In this document: positions 12,461-28,100 of the stretch, in pieces
How the letters are laid out: the number at the start of each line of letters is the position of its first letter
Position numbering within the stretch: the stretch's first letter is position 1
DNA from: Chrysomallon squamiferum
Taxonomy: Eukaryota; Animalia; Mollusca
Length of the DNA stretch: 64,000 bases
Assembly: GCA_012295275.1 (NCBI GenBank)
Contig: CM022678.1
Span: 558,001-622,000 of the forward strand
Direction: 5' to 3'
Position numbers and translations under genes: made by a program
Notes under the pieces: model-generated
What the model saw: the letters and a program-made list of their open reading frames with translations, nothing else
Told to the model about the DNA's origin: nothing
Database searches by the model: none

Positions 12461-13859
12461 TAAATTATATATATAAAGGACAGTTGATTTTCAGAGTAAT
12501 AAAACTCTAAAAACGAAGAATAACAACGTCGTATTTGCTGTTTCAGTCAGCTTGAAGACACTCGCAGATATAAATGTTACAATTCAGTACCTCTAAGACA
12601 CTTCTTATAATTCTACTAAACGATATTACATAATATATATCCCGGGTGTATGTGTGTGTGTGCTGTGGGACCCTGAATTCCACGGATCTAAGATTTTGGG
12701 AAATTAGGACTAAATCAGGATAAATAAAATCACAACTGTTCAACTTTCTGCTATTTCTCACTTAAAACCTTACCTCTAAATACTGTTAAGTTATTGCGAG
12801 GCTACTAGACAATGACAGTAATCCTGTCTCCTCCCACTTTTCATGATGTTAAGAGCAAATTTTACAATTTCACCCATAACCATCCTAACCTGACAAACTT
12901 CACCAAACTTAGGCTGTATGTTTCTGCTGTGCATTTGTCTTTATAAATAAAATAAATAAAAAAATAAAAAAATAAATAAATAGGAAAAGGAACAAAAGAA
13001 AAGAAGAAAAAAGATTCACATCAGTGAGTTGCTAGGCCGCGGCTTGCTCAGCCCTGGACATTCCTTGCCTTACGGTGAAGACAACGAGGTAAATACACTG
13101 TACCCGAAATAAACAAATTGCTTAGAACGGCCTAACCCATGATCACAAGAGATTTGCGTTTTACTGCTGTGAATTAAAGTTACCTATAGATAATTATAAT
13201 TTGACGAAAGGAGAAGAAACAAGGAAAGTATATAAATTACCGTTAATATGAAAGCTTTATTTATTATTATTGTTGTTGTTTCGTCGTCGTTATTATTATT
13301 TATTGTTTGGTTGTTGTTGTTTATTTTTTTATTTAGTTATTTATTTTTTCTGGTCCTTTAATAATGGAATTTATTTTCATTAATGTTATTTTGGGAAGGT
13401 CATGAAACATTTGCACTTTCAAATATCTCGACTTCATTAAATGAACATTTCTATTATTTATTAAATTACATCCCTGCAGTAAATTAAATCAATGGATAAA
13501 TACTACAATATAAATAATTTTGTAAAAGGTTGGGAATACAATTTGCGTAATTAAAACTCAGTAGCTTCAATCAGCAACGTCAATGTTACGTTAAGGTGAG
13601 ACCATTGTCACGTGATCTGAACAGTTGAAATAATTCCGCTATAGAAACCTTCCATCCTGTACCTCTGATTATCAATCTACGATCAGTCTCTGAAAATATG
13701 ATCTATATATGACTTATGATTCAGCAGTCAATATTATATTTATAATAAGTCATATTTCTTTTCAGAAAATTAATTATAAGTGTGAGTGCGTCCGCTTTTA
13801 TGTAGTCACGTAGAAAATTGTTTACTGCGTCTACTGCTGTTTTGAAATAAATAGTGGCA

Positions 13860-13894
<35 letters not shown>

Positions 13895-14037
13895 GTCTCA
13901 TATTTTCCTTGATTTGGTTAGGGGGTGTTTAGGATAATCCAAAATGGCGCCGGTCATGATAAACCCGTTGAATAGTAAGTGTTTCCGATATAGTTTCTGT
14001 TTATTAACACTTGTTGCTATTGTTATTGTTATTGTTA

Positions 14038-14074
<37 letters not shown>

Positions 14075-14975
14075 CTTGCTGTTGTTGTTGTTGATGTTGG
14101 TGTTCTTGCTGGTGTTTTTGTTTTTGTGGGTTTTTTAGTGTTATGGTGGGGAGTTTTGGGTGCCGTTTATTGTGTTTAACAGCTCTGCAGATACTTTGAC
14201 AGATCGCACGTTACTCGTGTTCACGGTTGAGTTGTTAACAAGGAGAATTTGAAACCTGTGTAGTTATAGGCATTGCTAGAGAATAGAGATACGTCGTTAT
14301 AAGGGTACTAAAAAAAATACTGTGACTGATACTCTCTATTTCTGTCTGTGAAAATAGGTTAGATTTCAAACTTTAATATTGAACTACATTTCACTATTAT
14401 TATTATTATTGTTGTTGTTGTTGTTGTTGTTGTGGGTTTTTTACTCTGTTTAACAGCTCTGCAGGTATTTAGGTCGCACGTAAATCGACTTCACGTTTGA
14501 CAGGTTAACAAGAAGAATTTGTAGTTACATTCATTGTTAGATACTTGAAAAATGTCGTAACACAGGTATTGATTTCATTGCCGTTTTGTGTTATCTGTCT
14601 AAGAGTAGGTCAGGTTTCAAACTTTAATCTTAAAGTACAGTTCACTTTTATTATTATTATTATTATTACATTTTTTACTGTGTATAAATATTCTGCTGGT
14701 TGTTAACTATTTATTGATTAATTTTCACTCTGTTATTTTTTTTTTTCTTTGTTGTTTTAGTGGACTATTTCATTTTCTAAAATAGAGTTTTCGCAAACGT
14801 GTGCACAAACGCACATACATATGCGATCGTAAACATAAGTAAACACAACTGCAGACAATATACACGTAGAAAACAGACGTTTAGGTCGACATCCAATAAC
14901 ACCCACTCACCCACAGTCACATGCATAACACACACTCACACACACACACATAACACACACACACACACACACACT

Positions 14976-15006
<31 letters not shown>

Positions 15007-16038
15007 TAGGTAGGTCTATTGACAGCTAGTTAGAATGAAATGAAAAAGAGAAAAATAACAATATAAAAAGAATGAAGGTCAAGGTCCAGAATGATGTTAG
15101 GTTTCCATGGATGCTCTTCAGTTTATTTTATCAACACAACAAGAATGAAACCCGAAATTAGATATTTGCCGTTCAGTTACAGTTATTTATAGATAATTGT
15201 AATATGAGAGGAAAAAAATGAGAAAGAAGAAGATACAAAGTATAAACAAATGAACGTTAATACGAATGGTTTTAAAACAGAATTTCTCATTACTTACTTA
15301 ATTACTTACTCAGTTCTTAAACATGAGAGAAATAAATAAATTTAAGATATTAATTCGATATTCTGGGGAACGTTTTAAAGCACGATATTACAGTTTAGTA
15401 CACGTAGTTGGTACCTTCCACACACCCCCCACAGTCTTTCCGATTCTTTCTTACCCTGCATGCAAATCAGTTTCAGGAAATTTGTAAAAGTCGTAACGAC
15501 CTAGCCGTACTCAAATAAATGGTTGACCTGAACTGTGACCTCAACGATAACAACAAACTGTGTGGGTCCTAAAAGTTCTTTATTAAAACTTGAAGTCAAA
15601 CATCTGACGTCAGCAAGAAGAGAAATCACGCAATGTCGCCTGTGCACGTGGTGTTACATGAGTAACAGCATTGAAAGATCACCGACTGAGTTAAACACAG
15701 TTGTCCAGTCTTTTTGTCAGTCGTCAGTGTCCATAGTCAGAGGTCAGATGTGGATGATTATGTACACAATGAAAAACGTTTATTAAAACCAATAAAAACA
15801 ACCAACGTGGTTACAGAACGAACTGTACTTAGACGTACATCGTCAAAACGACGAGACATTTGCGTATCGGTCCTCTAACTGTTATTCATCATGTATGTAG
15901 AAATCTAAAAAATAAAATAAAATAAAATAAAATAAAATAAAATAAAATAAAATAATTAAATAAACAAATAAACAAATATATATATATACAACAATAATTA
16001 AAATACAGAAATATCTCAGTGCGAGGAATTCCCTATTT

Positions 16039-16069
<31 letters not shown>

Positions 16070-16486
16070 TTATCGAATTTTATTGTTGTTATTATTTGGG
16101 GTATTCATTTATTTTTTTATTACGTATATGACAGATAACTACATATATTTATATGTAGGTGTTTTATATATATATTTTGATCGATTTGCCTATTTGGGGT
16201 CAACTTTGACCAATGTATTAAAAATAAAAAAATAAATAAACTAATAATAATAATAATAATAATAATAATAGATCTTGTGTTAAATGTTACAGAGGAAAAG
16301 TTAACTTTTTATGGATATGTATGTATGTATGAATGAATGCACGTAACTCTTCACCTGCATTTAGCTTCAAGAAACTCATTATTTTATTTCACTCATAATA
16401 TTATTATCATTTTTATTATTCTTAATATCATAATCACTGCACTTACTGTTGTTGTAGTTCTTCTTTTTTCTTATTATTTATAATTC

Positions 16487-16533
<47 letters not shown>

Positions 16534-16560
16534 TTCTTCTTCTTCTTCTTCTTATTATTA

Positions 16561-16607
<47 letters not shown>

Positions 16608-19177
16608 TTTTTTACTGTGAATAGTTTATGTATAGATACACATATCTCCCTTTAATCGTGTTCACGGTTGAGTCGTAAACAATGAGAATTTGAAACCTGT
16701 GTATTTATGCTCATTGTTAGAGATAGAAAAATGTCAAACTACACTTCATTATTGTGGTTTTCTTTTATTATTATTATTAGATTTGTACTGTACGTAGCAA
16801 ATGTATAGATCGCACGTTAACCATGTTCACGGTTGAGCTGTTAACAAGAATTTGGACCCTTTGCAGTTACACTCACTGTTAGAAAATATGACTGATACTG
16901 CCTAGTTTTGTCTGTGAAACATGATCAGATTTCAAACTTTAATGTCAAACTACAGTTCAGTATTGTGGTTGTTGGTGTTATTATTATTGTTGTTGTTGTT
17001 ATAATTATTATTATTATTATAGTTATTATTATTAAATCGAATTATATCTTTGCATATAGAATAGTAATGATGATGATGATGATGATGATAAGAAGAAAGA
17101 CAAATGGCGCGAATAAGAGAATCGGGGTCGAAGTATAAATTAAGTTGTTGACGAATGAGCAATTTGTAAAAACAATAATATTTACTTTGTTCAGTTGTTT
17201 TAAAAAATAGTCAGTGGAAGAATAAAATGTCTACGGAATTATTGGAAAATACAAATTTAAATTAATTGATTTCGTCAAATATTAATGCTGATGTAATTCA
17301 GTCTATTCGGGAAGTTGCACAAAATACAGAATTAGTATGATAAAAATATGTTCAGTGTTAATAAAATAACGTTAATTTCTATATACTGATTTGATTTAAT
17401 TATAATCTAATACTGAGCTGTAATTTAAAATGGATAAATTGGCTATTCCTTATTAGAATTATATTCATTAGTTGATTTTGTTCATGATATTTGTCTTTGA
17501 TATTTCTCTGTTTTTGTAATTATTATTATTATTTGTAAAGTGTTTAATATGGAGTTAGAACCATGTTTTGACAAGCGGTCATGAAAGATTCAAGTTAGTT
17601 CATTGTCAAATTTCTTGTTTACATTAAGTGATTTTATTTATTAAATTACAATATTGCTATAAATTAATCAATTCAATCAGAGACAAATTATACAATTTCA
17701 ACTGATTTGGTAAATGTTTGGGAATGAAACATTTATCATTAATACTCAGTTTTCTCTGTCGTTAGATTTTAAAATAAACAAGTCAGACGTACATTAAAAA
17801 TACATGTACTCAACAACAGACGTTAAAACTATCATAGGCGTTGCCAAAGCAATCACCGAGAAATATCATAATTAGCCTTGATGAAGAAATTAATAAAATT
17901 CCTCCTGTTTAACGTAGTGTCAGCTGTGAAAAGAAATTAAACAACTAAATAAAAAATGTCTACCCTATCTTGCTGAATGTACAACATGCTGTAACATGAA
18001 TAATATGTACGGTTATACACACAGACAGATATTAAGTCATGCTACCTTCAATGATGATCTTATTTACTGGAAGTAAATAAGTAAATAAAACAAGATAAGA
18101 ACAAACACATGTTGACAAACAGTTTATTTGGTAGCAGATTTATATTTGTTTATTTATTTATTTATTGTAGCGTTGTTTATTTCCCGGAATATTTATAATT
18201 CTACGAAATGTAATTACATAAAATAAATGTTCTACATCCCGACACGATTCCACTGTGTAGAAAATTATAGCGATCAGTCCCATTACGTGATGACGTCACA
18301 ACTTCAGCTGGGAACAGTTACAGTCGTCAAATATTTGGTGACAGTGTTATTGTCAAACTTTATTTTGTGAAAGGATAGGTCCCTCTAAAGAGAGAAATAA
18401 TAACTTGGAAGTATAAAGAATTTTACTAGAAAATATCTGTTCTTATTGACACAGACTGGTTCACTTTAAAGTGAAAGAAACTCTGGTTCATACTGACAAA
18501 ACAAAAAGTAAATGTATTGTTATATTCAAAGTTAAAACTATATGCGTATCAAACATTTTACTTGAAACTAGCACATAAGTTAACTGAAGAATAAATAAAT
18601 AAATAGAAAGGTTGATGAAAGAAGAAGAAGAAGAAGGAAATATTTAAATCAAGGAGATACTAGATCCCGGATTCCCCACCACATGGAGGCTCCTGGATTT
18701 ATTGTCAAGACAATGAGGTCAATACAATGTACTCGAAATAAACAGATTACTCAGAACTATCGACCCCATGATCACAAAAGATTTGCGTTTTACTGACGTG
18801 AATTAAAGTTACCTATAGATAATTGTAATTTAATGAAAGGAGGAAAAAGAAGGAAAGAAAGAAATGAATGCTAATATGAAAGCTCTCAGTATAGAATTTA
18901 AGAAAGTTAAGCTTTTTTGTGTGCTTCCAGTGTCGTGTTCAGTATGTATCATTTTAGCTGCGAAAGATAAAAAAATAAATCAAGACTAAACGCAGAATGA
19001 GAAATAAATAAAATAAATAATAAAATAAACAATGTCTGCCCTGACTTCTATAACACGAAAACAGAGTAGTCTTCCCTGCTCGATGCACAAAATAAATCTC
19101 AGTCACAATAATTATGTGTGTGTGTGTGTGTGTGCGTGTGTTATTGTAAGCTATATATATAAGCTTACTAGAAGAAA

Positions 19178-19210
<33 letters not shown>

Positions 19211-19339
19211 CTCGCTTCTGTATACTGTTCATATCTTTTTGAGCAAGTATACAAACCACTTTGAAAAATGTGCTATACTTAGAACTCATCGTGTTTACAC
19301 TGTCACCCAGCAACCAGAGTAACACACTACATGCAAACC

Positions 19340-19451
19340 TGTGACGTGTCTAAGCGAACAATTCACAGAGCGAGCAGACGGCGTAGAGTTTGAGACAATT
19401 CGTTAGTTGACAACATTCGAGTTTTACTTCGATTTCGATTGACAGGTACGG
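19340..19451 (+). promoter_or_regulatory. Putative promoter/non-coding first-exon cassette 1
   Basis: CpG-enriched, TGACGT motif, ends gacag|gtacgg (GT at 19446). Homologous to the cassettes at 22445 and 28945. Confidence 0.35.
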
Positions 19452-19721
19452 AAACCTTTTACTACTTTGCTATGTTATTAGTAGTGACTTTTGTTTGTTT
19501 ATTTATATCTCATTATAAAACTAATGATTTTATTTTATTTTATTTATTTATTTATTGCTCATTATAAAACTATTGATTTTATTTTATTTTATTTTATTTA
19601 TTTACTTATAAATGTTAATTTTTTAATTTTTTTTTTTTTTTTTTACGTTTGGTACAGTTTTTGTTTTTTATTTTTCCCTTTTTGTCTTTCTTTTTTTCTT
19701 AATTTCATAATCATCATCAAG

Positions 19722-19787
<66 letters not shown>

Positions 19788-20161
19788 TATATATTTTATT
19801 TATTATTTATTTATTTATTTATTTTATTTTATTATTATTTTTTATTTTTTATTTTTTATTTTTTTTTTGTTCTAGTTTAAAGTCGAATGTCTGCTCATTC
19901 ATGTGATTTTGACAAGGTCATGAAACATACGCGTAGATAAATATTTCGAATTAATCAAAAAGAAAATTTAATTATTTATTAAATTACATTCCTACGATAA
20001 ATTAAATCAACAGATAGATAATACAATACAATTAATTTTTTAAATGTTAAAGAATAATTTTTAAAATATTATTATTAAAACTTAATGTTAATATAAACAA
20101 AGTCAGTGTTACTTTAAGTCAGATCGTTGTCACTTGATGTAATTATTTGAAATACTTAATT

Positions 20162-20458
20162 CAGAGTCTCGCTACACACTGTAACAGATGGCGGGCCCGC
20201 CATCACTTACGACTTACGACGAATTTGCCACCCGTTTATTCAGACTGCCTGTCATGTCATTGCTTTGCACTTTTGGGGTCAGCAGGTCAGTGTCTTGTCC
20301 CTGAACAAAATAGATGTAATCCGAAGCGGCGACTGTCATATTTACAAAGGGACGCAATCCGATTCCTCTGAAATTCGCTGCTACTCACGATGCTTGTGTA
20401 ATCAAGGCTACTGTAGCAGGCGCTGCGCGGCTAAACCATTGCGCATGTTATGTATAAT

Positions 20459-20499
<41 letters not shown>

Positions 20500-20787
20500 C
20501 GTATATGTATACTCTGTAGGTATATGTACACTATTTTGTAGAAATATATTCATGTAAGGAAAATAATTCACAGAACAACCAGACAAAACTCACCGGCAAA
20601 AGACAATTTGATTTTATTTAATTGCAAATAAAATAAACTTGTTAATAGTTAATGCATTTGATGCAATCATTTATAGGAGTATTTTTGACAAACAAGTAAT
20701 TTGAACATCAAAACCATCCCTTTGTTTAACTTGCACCAGTTACGCCGATTCCCGCCATACCTTTTGCGAAATCTGGCGAGACCACTG
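20162..20787. mobile_element. hAT-like non-autonomous element
   Basis: Imperfect TIRs cagagtctcgcta / tggcgagaccactg; degenerate 8-bp TSD acttaatt/atttaatg; CpG-rich subterminal cccgccat motifs. A homologous empty site is visible near 24935-24965. Confidence 0.6.
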
Positions 20788-21041
20788 ATTTAATGTGTTT
20801 TGTCACGTAGACCCGAGTAAGCAAAGAAAAGTATTCCTTTCTGAACGGTTGTTATGTTCTTAATTAAAAATAAATAAATAAATAAATCAAATAATAAACA
20901 CACAAACAAAATGAACTGTGAATGTTTTTGTGTTTGAAATAATTATAGTTTATTATAATTGTGTATGCTTATCATTTTTAAAATGATATCGTACAATACT
21001 ACTACTGCTACCAGTACTGCCACTACTACTACTAGCAATAC

Positions 21042-21089
<48 letters not shown>

Positions 21090-21238
21090 CAACAACAACA
21101 ACGAAAATAACAATAATAAAGCATATAATATTTACTAATTTTTGGAAAATTATTATTATTGTTGTTGTTGTTGTTGTTATTCTTCTTTTTCTTCTTCTTC
21201 TTATTATTATTATATTATTATTATTATTATTATTATTA

Positions 21239-21289
<51 letters not shown>

Positions 21290-21536
21290 GATAAATGAAT
21301 TTTGTAATGTTCGTACACACATTGTTAAGTATTCAGTCTCGCTCAGTTCATCAGTTCTGAAATAAATAAAAACTAGTACTGCATCTAAAAACAACAACAA
21401 CAACAACTACTACTACTACTACTAATAATAATAACCTTAATAATAACAATAACAATGACAGATACAAGCAAATATTGTTACTCTGTTCAGAATGTGTAAT
21501 AAAAGTTATTTATTTATTTATTATTATTAATATTAA

Positions 21537-21590
<54 letters not shown>

Positions 21591-22079
21591 CATGACAATT
21601 ATTAATTATTATATTCAGAAACCACTAAAATAATTTTTTTACCAGTATTTACATTTTTAAATTTGCTCTCGGACACACGTATAAACTTGGTATTGTCGTC
21701 GTACTGTGCACCTGCCCGCAAGGCGTGAATCAGTTGAAAACTGCTTCCCCCCTCCTGCTCAGCACAGATACACTTTTGTTCCGGAGAACATGCAATGTAT
21801 ACCACAATAACGAGTAACATTTCCCATTTCAAGTGTGCACTGTTTGTTTTGTTCGGATTGAAGTGTGTGGTTTTTTATTATTTTTAGAAGAATCGTGCCC
21901 TTTCACACACTTAGACAGCGTGACATGCGTTACTACATGTCCGAAAATACACGTGGTTTCCTTTCTGCCCTCTCACGTTTTTCTCATTTGCATTAAAAAG
22001 GCTAAAAGTAACTTGATATGAAAGATGATGTTTTCCTTTCACAAATCTGAATTTTTAAAAACAAGTTTTCTTATTTCAC

Positions 22080-22118
<39 letters not shown>

Positions 22119-22321
22119 TTATGCGTATGACTTTTAATTGCGTATATATACATATATATACGTTTTATGTGTCTTACGACTAATGTACATATTAGCGATC
22201 ATCTTTGAATACCGGTCTACTTAAAAAGAACACAAACCTTCCAAAAACAACAACAACAAAACAAAAAAACATATTTAAATAAGGAAAGAAATAAAGAGTT
22301 ATAGTACTATTAATAATAACA

Positions 22322-22378
<57 letters not shown>

Positions 22379-22444
22379 GCAACATCGAACAAAATAACAA
22401 CAGCCGAACTCCCTTTTTTACAGAAGTAATTGAAAGATCTAAAT

Positions 22445-22582
22445 CTGTGACGTGTCGTCTTGTAAAAAATCACTCGATGTGTCCAAGCAGATGACTGACA
22501 GAACGAGCAGACGACAAATATTTTTTGTGTGAATTTATTCTACAAGATTGCAGTTTTACTTCTATTTCTCCTACAGGTAAGC
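22445..22582 (+). promoter_or_regulatory. Putative promoter/non-coding first-exon cassette 2
   Basis: ctgtgacgtgtcgt...cagttttacttc...ctacag|gtaagc, a strong donor with GT at 22577. Confidence 0.4.
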
Positions 22583-23729
22583 AAAACTTGTACTATACTG
22601 TTCTGAGTAGTGACTGTTGATTGTTTATCTGTTTCACAGCAAACCTAGCTATTTATTGTCTTTGGTGACCTCTGACACTAGCACTCGAACCTCGACTTTC
22701 CTTTGTGTTTTTCTTTTTCAAAAACAACCAGCGCAGAAACAATTAAGAAATAATACACTAGAGAACCAGGATAAAAATAGTATTATTTTAATTAAATTTA
22801 TTTATTTATTTATTTATTTGTTACGTGGCAGAAATAAATAAAACAAAAAAAAAAATAAAATAAAATAAAATAAAATAAAATAATGAGAAAGGTTATATTT
22901 GCATGAAAGTTTATCAAATAATTATATTTACGGGTTAGTTAGTTAGTTAGTTTATTTATTTTTTTTTATATTTATTTGTTTATTATTAGATCGAATTTTT
23001 ATCTTTGTATAACAACAAGGCATCAAATGAAAACAGGACCAATAAGGATGCGCTGAGTATAACCACTGTTGATGAAAGAGATGTTCGTGAAAATAATAAT
23101 GCATACTTTGTTCAGTTATCTTATAAAATAGTCGATGGGAGAATAAAATATCTAGGGAAGAACTGATTATTTGAAAATACTGAACTGAAATTAATTGATA
23201 TCGTCCAATATTGATGCTGATAGAATTCAATGTGTTCTTGAAGCTGCAAAATTTTAAAATAAATATGATATGTCATTGGCTAAAAATATTTTCAAAGTTT
23301 AGTCAGCGTTAATATGGTAATAGGTTGATTTCTATATACTCATTTAATATAATTATAATCTAATACTGAGCTGTAATTTACAACAGCTAAAACGGCTAAT
23401 ATTTATTTATTAGTTGATTTGGTTCCTGTCTTTTGGTTTTTGTTGCTGTGATTAGTTTCTGGAATGAATTTTTTGAACTGTTAAATATGGAGTATCATTT
23501 CTTTGAAATCATCTTTCTGCAAGATTCAAGTTATTTTATTGTTAAATTTCTTATTTTCTTTATATCAAATTATTTATTAAAGAAATTAAACCAAAAAAAT
23601 GATAAATCAACTTTTAATTGAACTGAAACTGTGGTTGTACCATTGGTAAATGTTTGAGAATGAAAAGTTTATTATTAATACTCAGTTTCTCTGTCAAAAA
23701 ACCTAGCTATGTGTTTGAGAATCTGTATC

Positions 23730-23778
<49 letters not shown>

Positions 23779-23975
23779 CATCGGTTCATTTCACTTACAT
23801 TCTTTTTGTTTCTGTAACTCTTTGTTCCCAGTTTGCAATCTATAAATATATGCATTTCAATTTCAGTATAGTTTTACATGATCAACTAAACATGATGAAG
23901 TGGTGCAAGTGATTCAACTTTCTTTTATTACATCAGTCGTTTGAGTGTATACTTAATCACTCAATGTGTTGATCT

Positions 23976-24023
<48 letters not shown>

Positions 24024-24241
24024 AATCGTTTTAGCTGTTAAATATAGAGTATCTTCTTATTGAAAATATTTTTTGGAAAGGGGTCATGAAAGATTCATGT
24101 TAGTTTATTGTTAAATTTCTTGTTTTTATTAAATTAACTAAGAATTTAAAGCAGAGATAAAGTGCACGATATCAACCGATTCGTAAATTGTTTGAGAATG
24201 TTAAATTATTGTTAACTCGTATTATACAGAACAACCATACA

Positions 24242-24278
<37 letters not shown>

Positions 24279-24376
24279 TTTGAAAATACAAAATTTGAAA
24301 TGATTTGGAATCGTGAAGTAATGATACTGATGTAATTCAGTCCATACGGGAAGTTGTCACAAAAGGAAAGAAAAAA

Positions 24377-24416
<40 letters not shown>

Positions 24417-25136
24417 GTAATAAAAATTAAATAAATAAAACAATGCAGAACATTTATGATAAGTTATTGGTTAAATATATTTTAAAGTATCATGTTAATT
24501 TCTATATTGGTACATTAACAATCTAACATTGAGCTGTAATTTAAAATGGCTAAATGGATAGTCCTTATTACAGTAATACTAATTAGTTGATATTGTTCTT
24601 GTTTTTGTCGTTTGTTTTCTGTTGTGTTTTGTTTTTGGAATTTTTATTATTTGTAAACTATCTAATATGGAATTTCTTCTCGTTAAAATTATTTTTGAAA
24701 AGGGTTATGGAAGATTCAAGTTAGTGTTAAATTATTTTTTTTCATTAATGAAAGTTTTTTTAAAATTATAATTATATGATATCAACTTATTTGGTAAGTG
24801 TTTGAGAACGAAAAGTTTATTATTAATTCTCAGTTTTCTCTGTTCTTATATTTCAAAAATAAACAAGCTCACTAGTCAATGTCATGCTACTTTAGGATTA
24901 GTCATCGTCACATGATCTAAACATGTACCTCCTTGAAATACTTAATATGAGTTCTGACACGTAGACATGAATTAGCAAAAAACACACTTTGTTATACAAA
25001 TCTTTATTATTTTAATTTTGGCCAAGTTTAAAAATAAGCGATTAAATAGAAATTTTGTGCTGATTTGCGAGTGCGGTTCTTCAAATATGTTTGGCTTTTT
25101 TAAAATAGTTTATTATAAAGTGTGTGTAATTGTCTC

Positions 25137-25167
<31 letters not shown>

Positions 25168-28100
25168 TGTGTGTGTGACGCATTAATATGTATTTTCTTC
25201 AAATTAAAATTATTTTTGTCAAAAGGTCATGAAAAAATCAAGTTAGTTTATTATTAAATTACAATATTGCGATGAATTAAGAAATTAAACCAAAGATAAA
25301 TAGCCCACAATCAACTGATATGGTAAGTGTTTGAGAATGAAAAATGTATTATTGATACTCAGTTTTGTCTGTCGTTACATTTTAAAATAAACAAGCTGAG
25401 TTGTCAGTTCTGTCACGTAGACTCGAGATAGCAAAGAACACATTTTTCACTGTGTATTTTGTTTTATTGTAGAAAATGAAAATAGGCTAGCTTTAAAAAT
25501 GATTTATTTGATGGAGAAATTTTGTTCTCAACTGTGAGAATGGTTGTTCATTGAATTTTTTTTTTTTTTTTTTTAAATTTTAATAGTTTATTGTTTGAGT
25601 ATTTTACTGTCATATTTAGTAAGCATGGTATTCCGAAGTTCCGAATAATAATAATAATCATAATAATAATCATAACAATAAATGCTTTAATGTAACAACA
25701 CACTCCACATCTAATACTTTCTACATCTATAGTAACATACTTTAATTGCCAACACATACAGAAAGAAAATACATTAAAAAGTCAGACGTACGTTAAAACG
25801 GTCACTAACATTTACTGAACAACAGACGTTAAAATGTTCACGGGCGTAACCGAAGCAACCGTGGAAAATATCAGTATTAGTTCTGATGAGGAAATTAACA
25901 AAATTCCTGTTCATTAATTGAAATTATCGTTAGCAAAAGGAAATAGAATGATTGCATCGTGGAAATATTTCTGTTATGTCTCTTCTAATTATCACATTTC
26001 AGTTGTTTGAGAGAGTGTGGCTTCCTTACTGTATAGTTTATTACAAACAAAGCAAGTGTTTGTTTTTATTTTTTATTTTTAAATTATGCTTTATATAGAA
26101 ACATACGCACCAGATCTACTTTGTTTTTTTGTTTATATATAATACTCGCTCACATTTACTCAACAACAGACGTTAAACTTATCAAAGGTGGAGGCAAAGC
26201 AACCGCGAAGAAAGGCTTCATTAGCTTTGATGAAGAAATTAATACAATTCCTGTTTATTAACTGAAATTGTCAAAAGCGAAAGGAAATATAAATAATTGC
26301 ATCGTGGAAAGATTCATGTCATGTCTCTGAGTGCGGTTTATGTGCTGTGTAGTGTGTTACAAAGAAAGCAAACTTTTTTTTTTTTTTTTTTTTAAATTTT
26401 AAAACCGGTAGCAATAATGTGAACATAAATTCAGTGGGGCTTGACAGCAAAGAAAGACGTTGTTGTTGTTGTTGTTGTTGTTGTTATTATTATTCTCAAG
26501 TAATTTCTCATAGTTTTCCTCTTTCTGTATGCCTGTTTCTCCCCCACTTTGGCTTGCGTGCGTGCGTGTGCGTGCGTTTTCTAATTCGTCTATAGTATAA
26601 AAAAAGCAACAACAAACAACGATTACCTAGAACGAACTGCACTTAAAAGTAGATAGATTACATTAAAATATGCCTGTTAATCATGTGCATCTTATAGAGA
26701 TTATAGGGAAGAATTGAAACAGGACATAAAAACATTCAAAAAAATAAAACATGTACAATAACATGAAATAAAAAAGTTTAAAGAAATGATTTCCTTTAAA
26801 AATAGTTAATGTATTTATCCAAGTGGAACAGACACAGTTGTGTATACTGGTAAGAAAAAGAAAGAAAATGTATAATTACATACATATAATCAAATACATA
26901 TAATCTGAACCTGGCACATACTTTAACTGAAGAATAAATAAATAAATGAATAAATAATGAAATAATGAAATAAATAAATAATGAATTATTAAATGTATAA
27001 CTGGACGAAACATAAAATAAAATTATGTTTACGAGTTAGTGTACTCAAGAGGATTGAGTCAATAAGAACAGATATTGTCTAGTAAAATTCTCTATACTCC
27101 CAAGTTATTATTTCTTTGTTTAAGCTCTTCTCAGCTGAAGTCGAGACGTCATCACGGATTAAAGTGTTTGATTCTTAATTTGTTTTTGAAGAATTATGTA
27201 CTTTCACGTGACTTGCCTGTCGGAAATACACATGGTTTCTTTCCTGCCCTCCGGCTTTTCCCCTTTCGCGATAAAAAAGGCTAAAATTATTCTCATACGA
27301 AAGAGCGTAGACTTCACTTCAAAATGATGTGTTCCTTTTATAAATCGTACAAACTTTGATTTGAAATTTTAAAAGACAAGCTTTTGAACTGAAAATGTTC
27401 TTTGTTTCCACAAAAAATTCCCGATCAAGGTAATTCCCGAAGAGATCGATTTCTGCGTTTTATAAAAGAAAAAAAAAAAGAAGAAGAAAAACAAGGACTT
27501 TTTTCTGTCGATATCATGCATAAAATGCGGGAAGCCTTAAAAGCGGCCAATCGTTGTTCAGAAGTGAACTTGTACATCACTCAGTGTTCTCACTAAGCAA
27601 ATGGATGGGAATGGGTTGTGAAGCAAAGTGTAAGAGATTACCTTAAAAATAATATAATGAAGCGTTCCTTGATTTATTTGTTATTATTATTGTTTTATGT
27701 CTCCTCTTGTTAAAAAATATTGATAGTTTTTGCTCGAGGAAATTGATGTTAGCGATTTCAAGGTAGGTAATTTGTGATGATTTTGTTGAGAATTTTAATC
27801 AGTTTCAGTTCGACTTTAACATTAGTTTGTTGTGGGTGTATATTTCAATTCATTCTACTAAGTAATTGTATATATTTTCATCAAATTGTCAAGACAACGA
27901 GGTAATAAATACAGTGTACCCGAAATAAATCTACCCATGATCACAAGAGATTTGCGTCTTAGTGAAGTGATTAACAGTTATTTATTGATAATTGTAATTT
28001 GATGAAAGAAGAAGAAATAAATGTTAATATGAAAGCTTTCAATATAAAATGTATGAGTTAAGTTTTTTGTTTGCTTCCGGTGTCGTGTTCAGTTTGGCAA

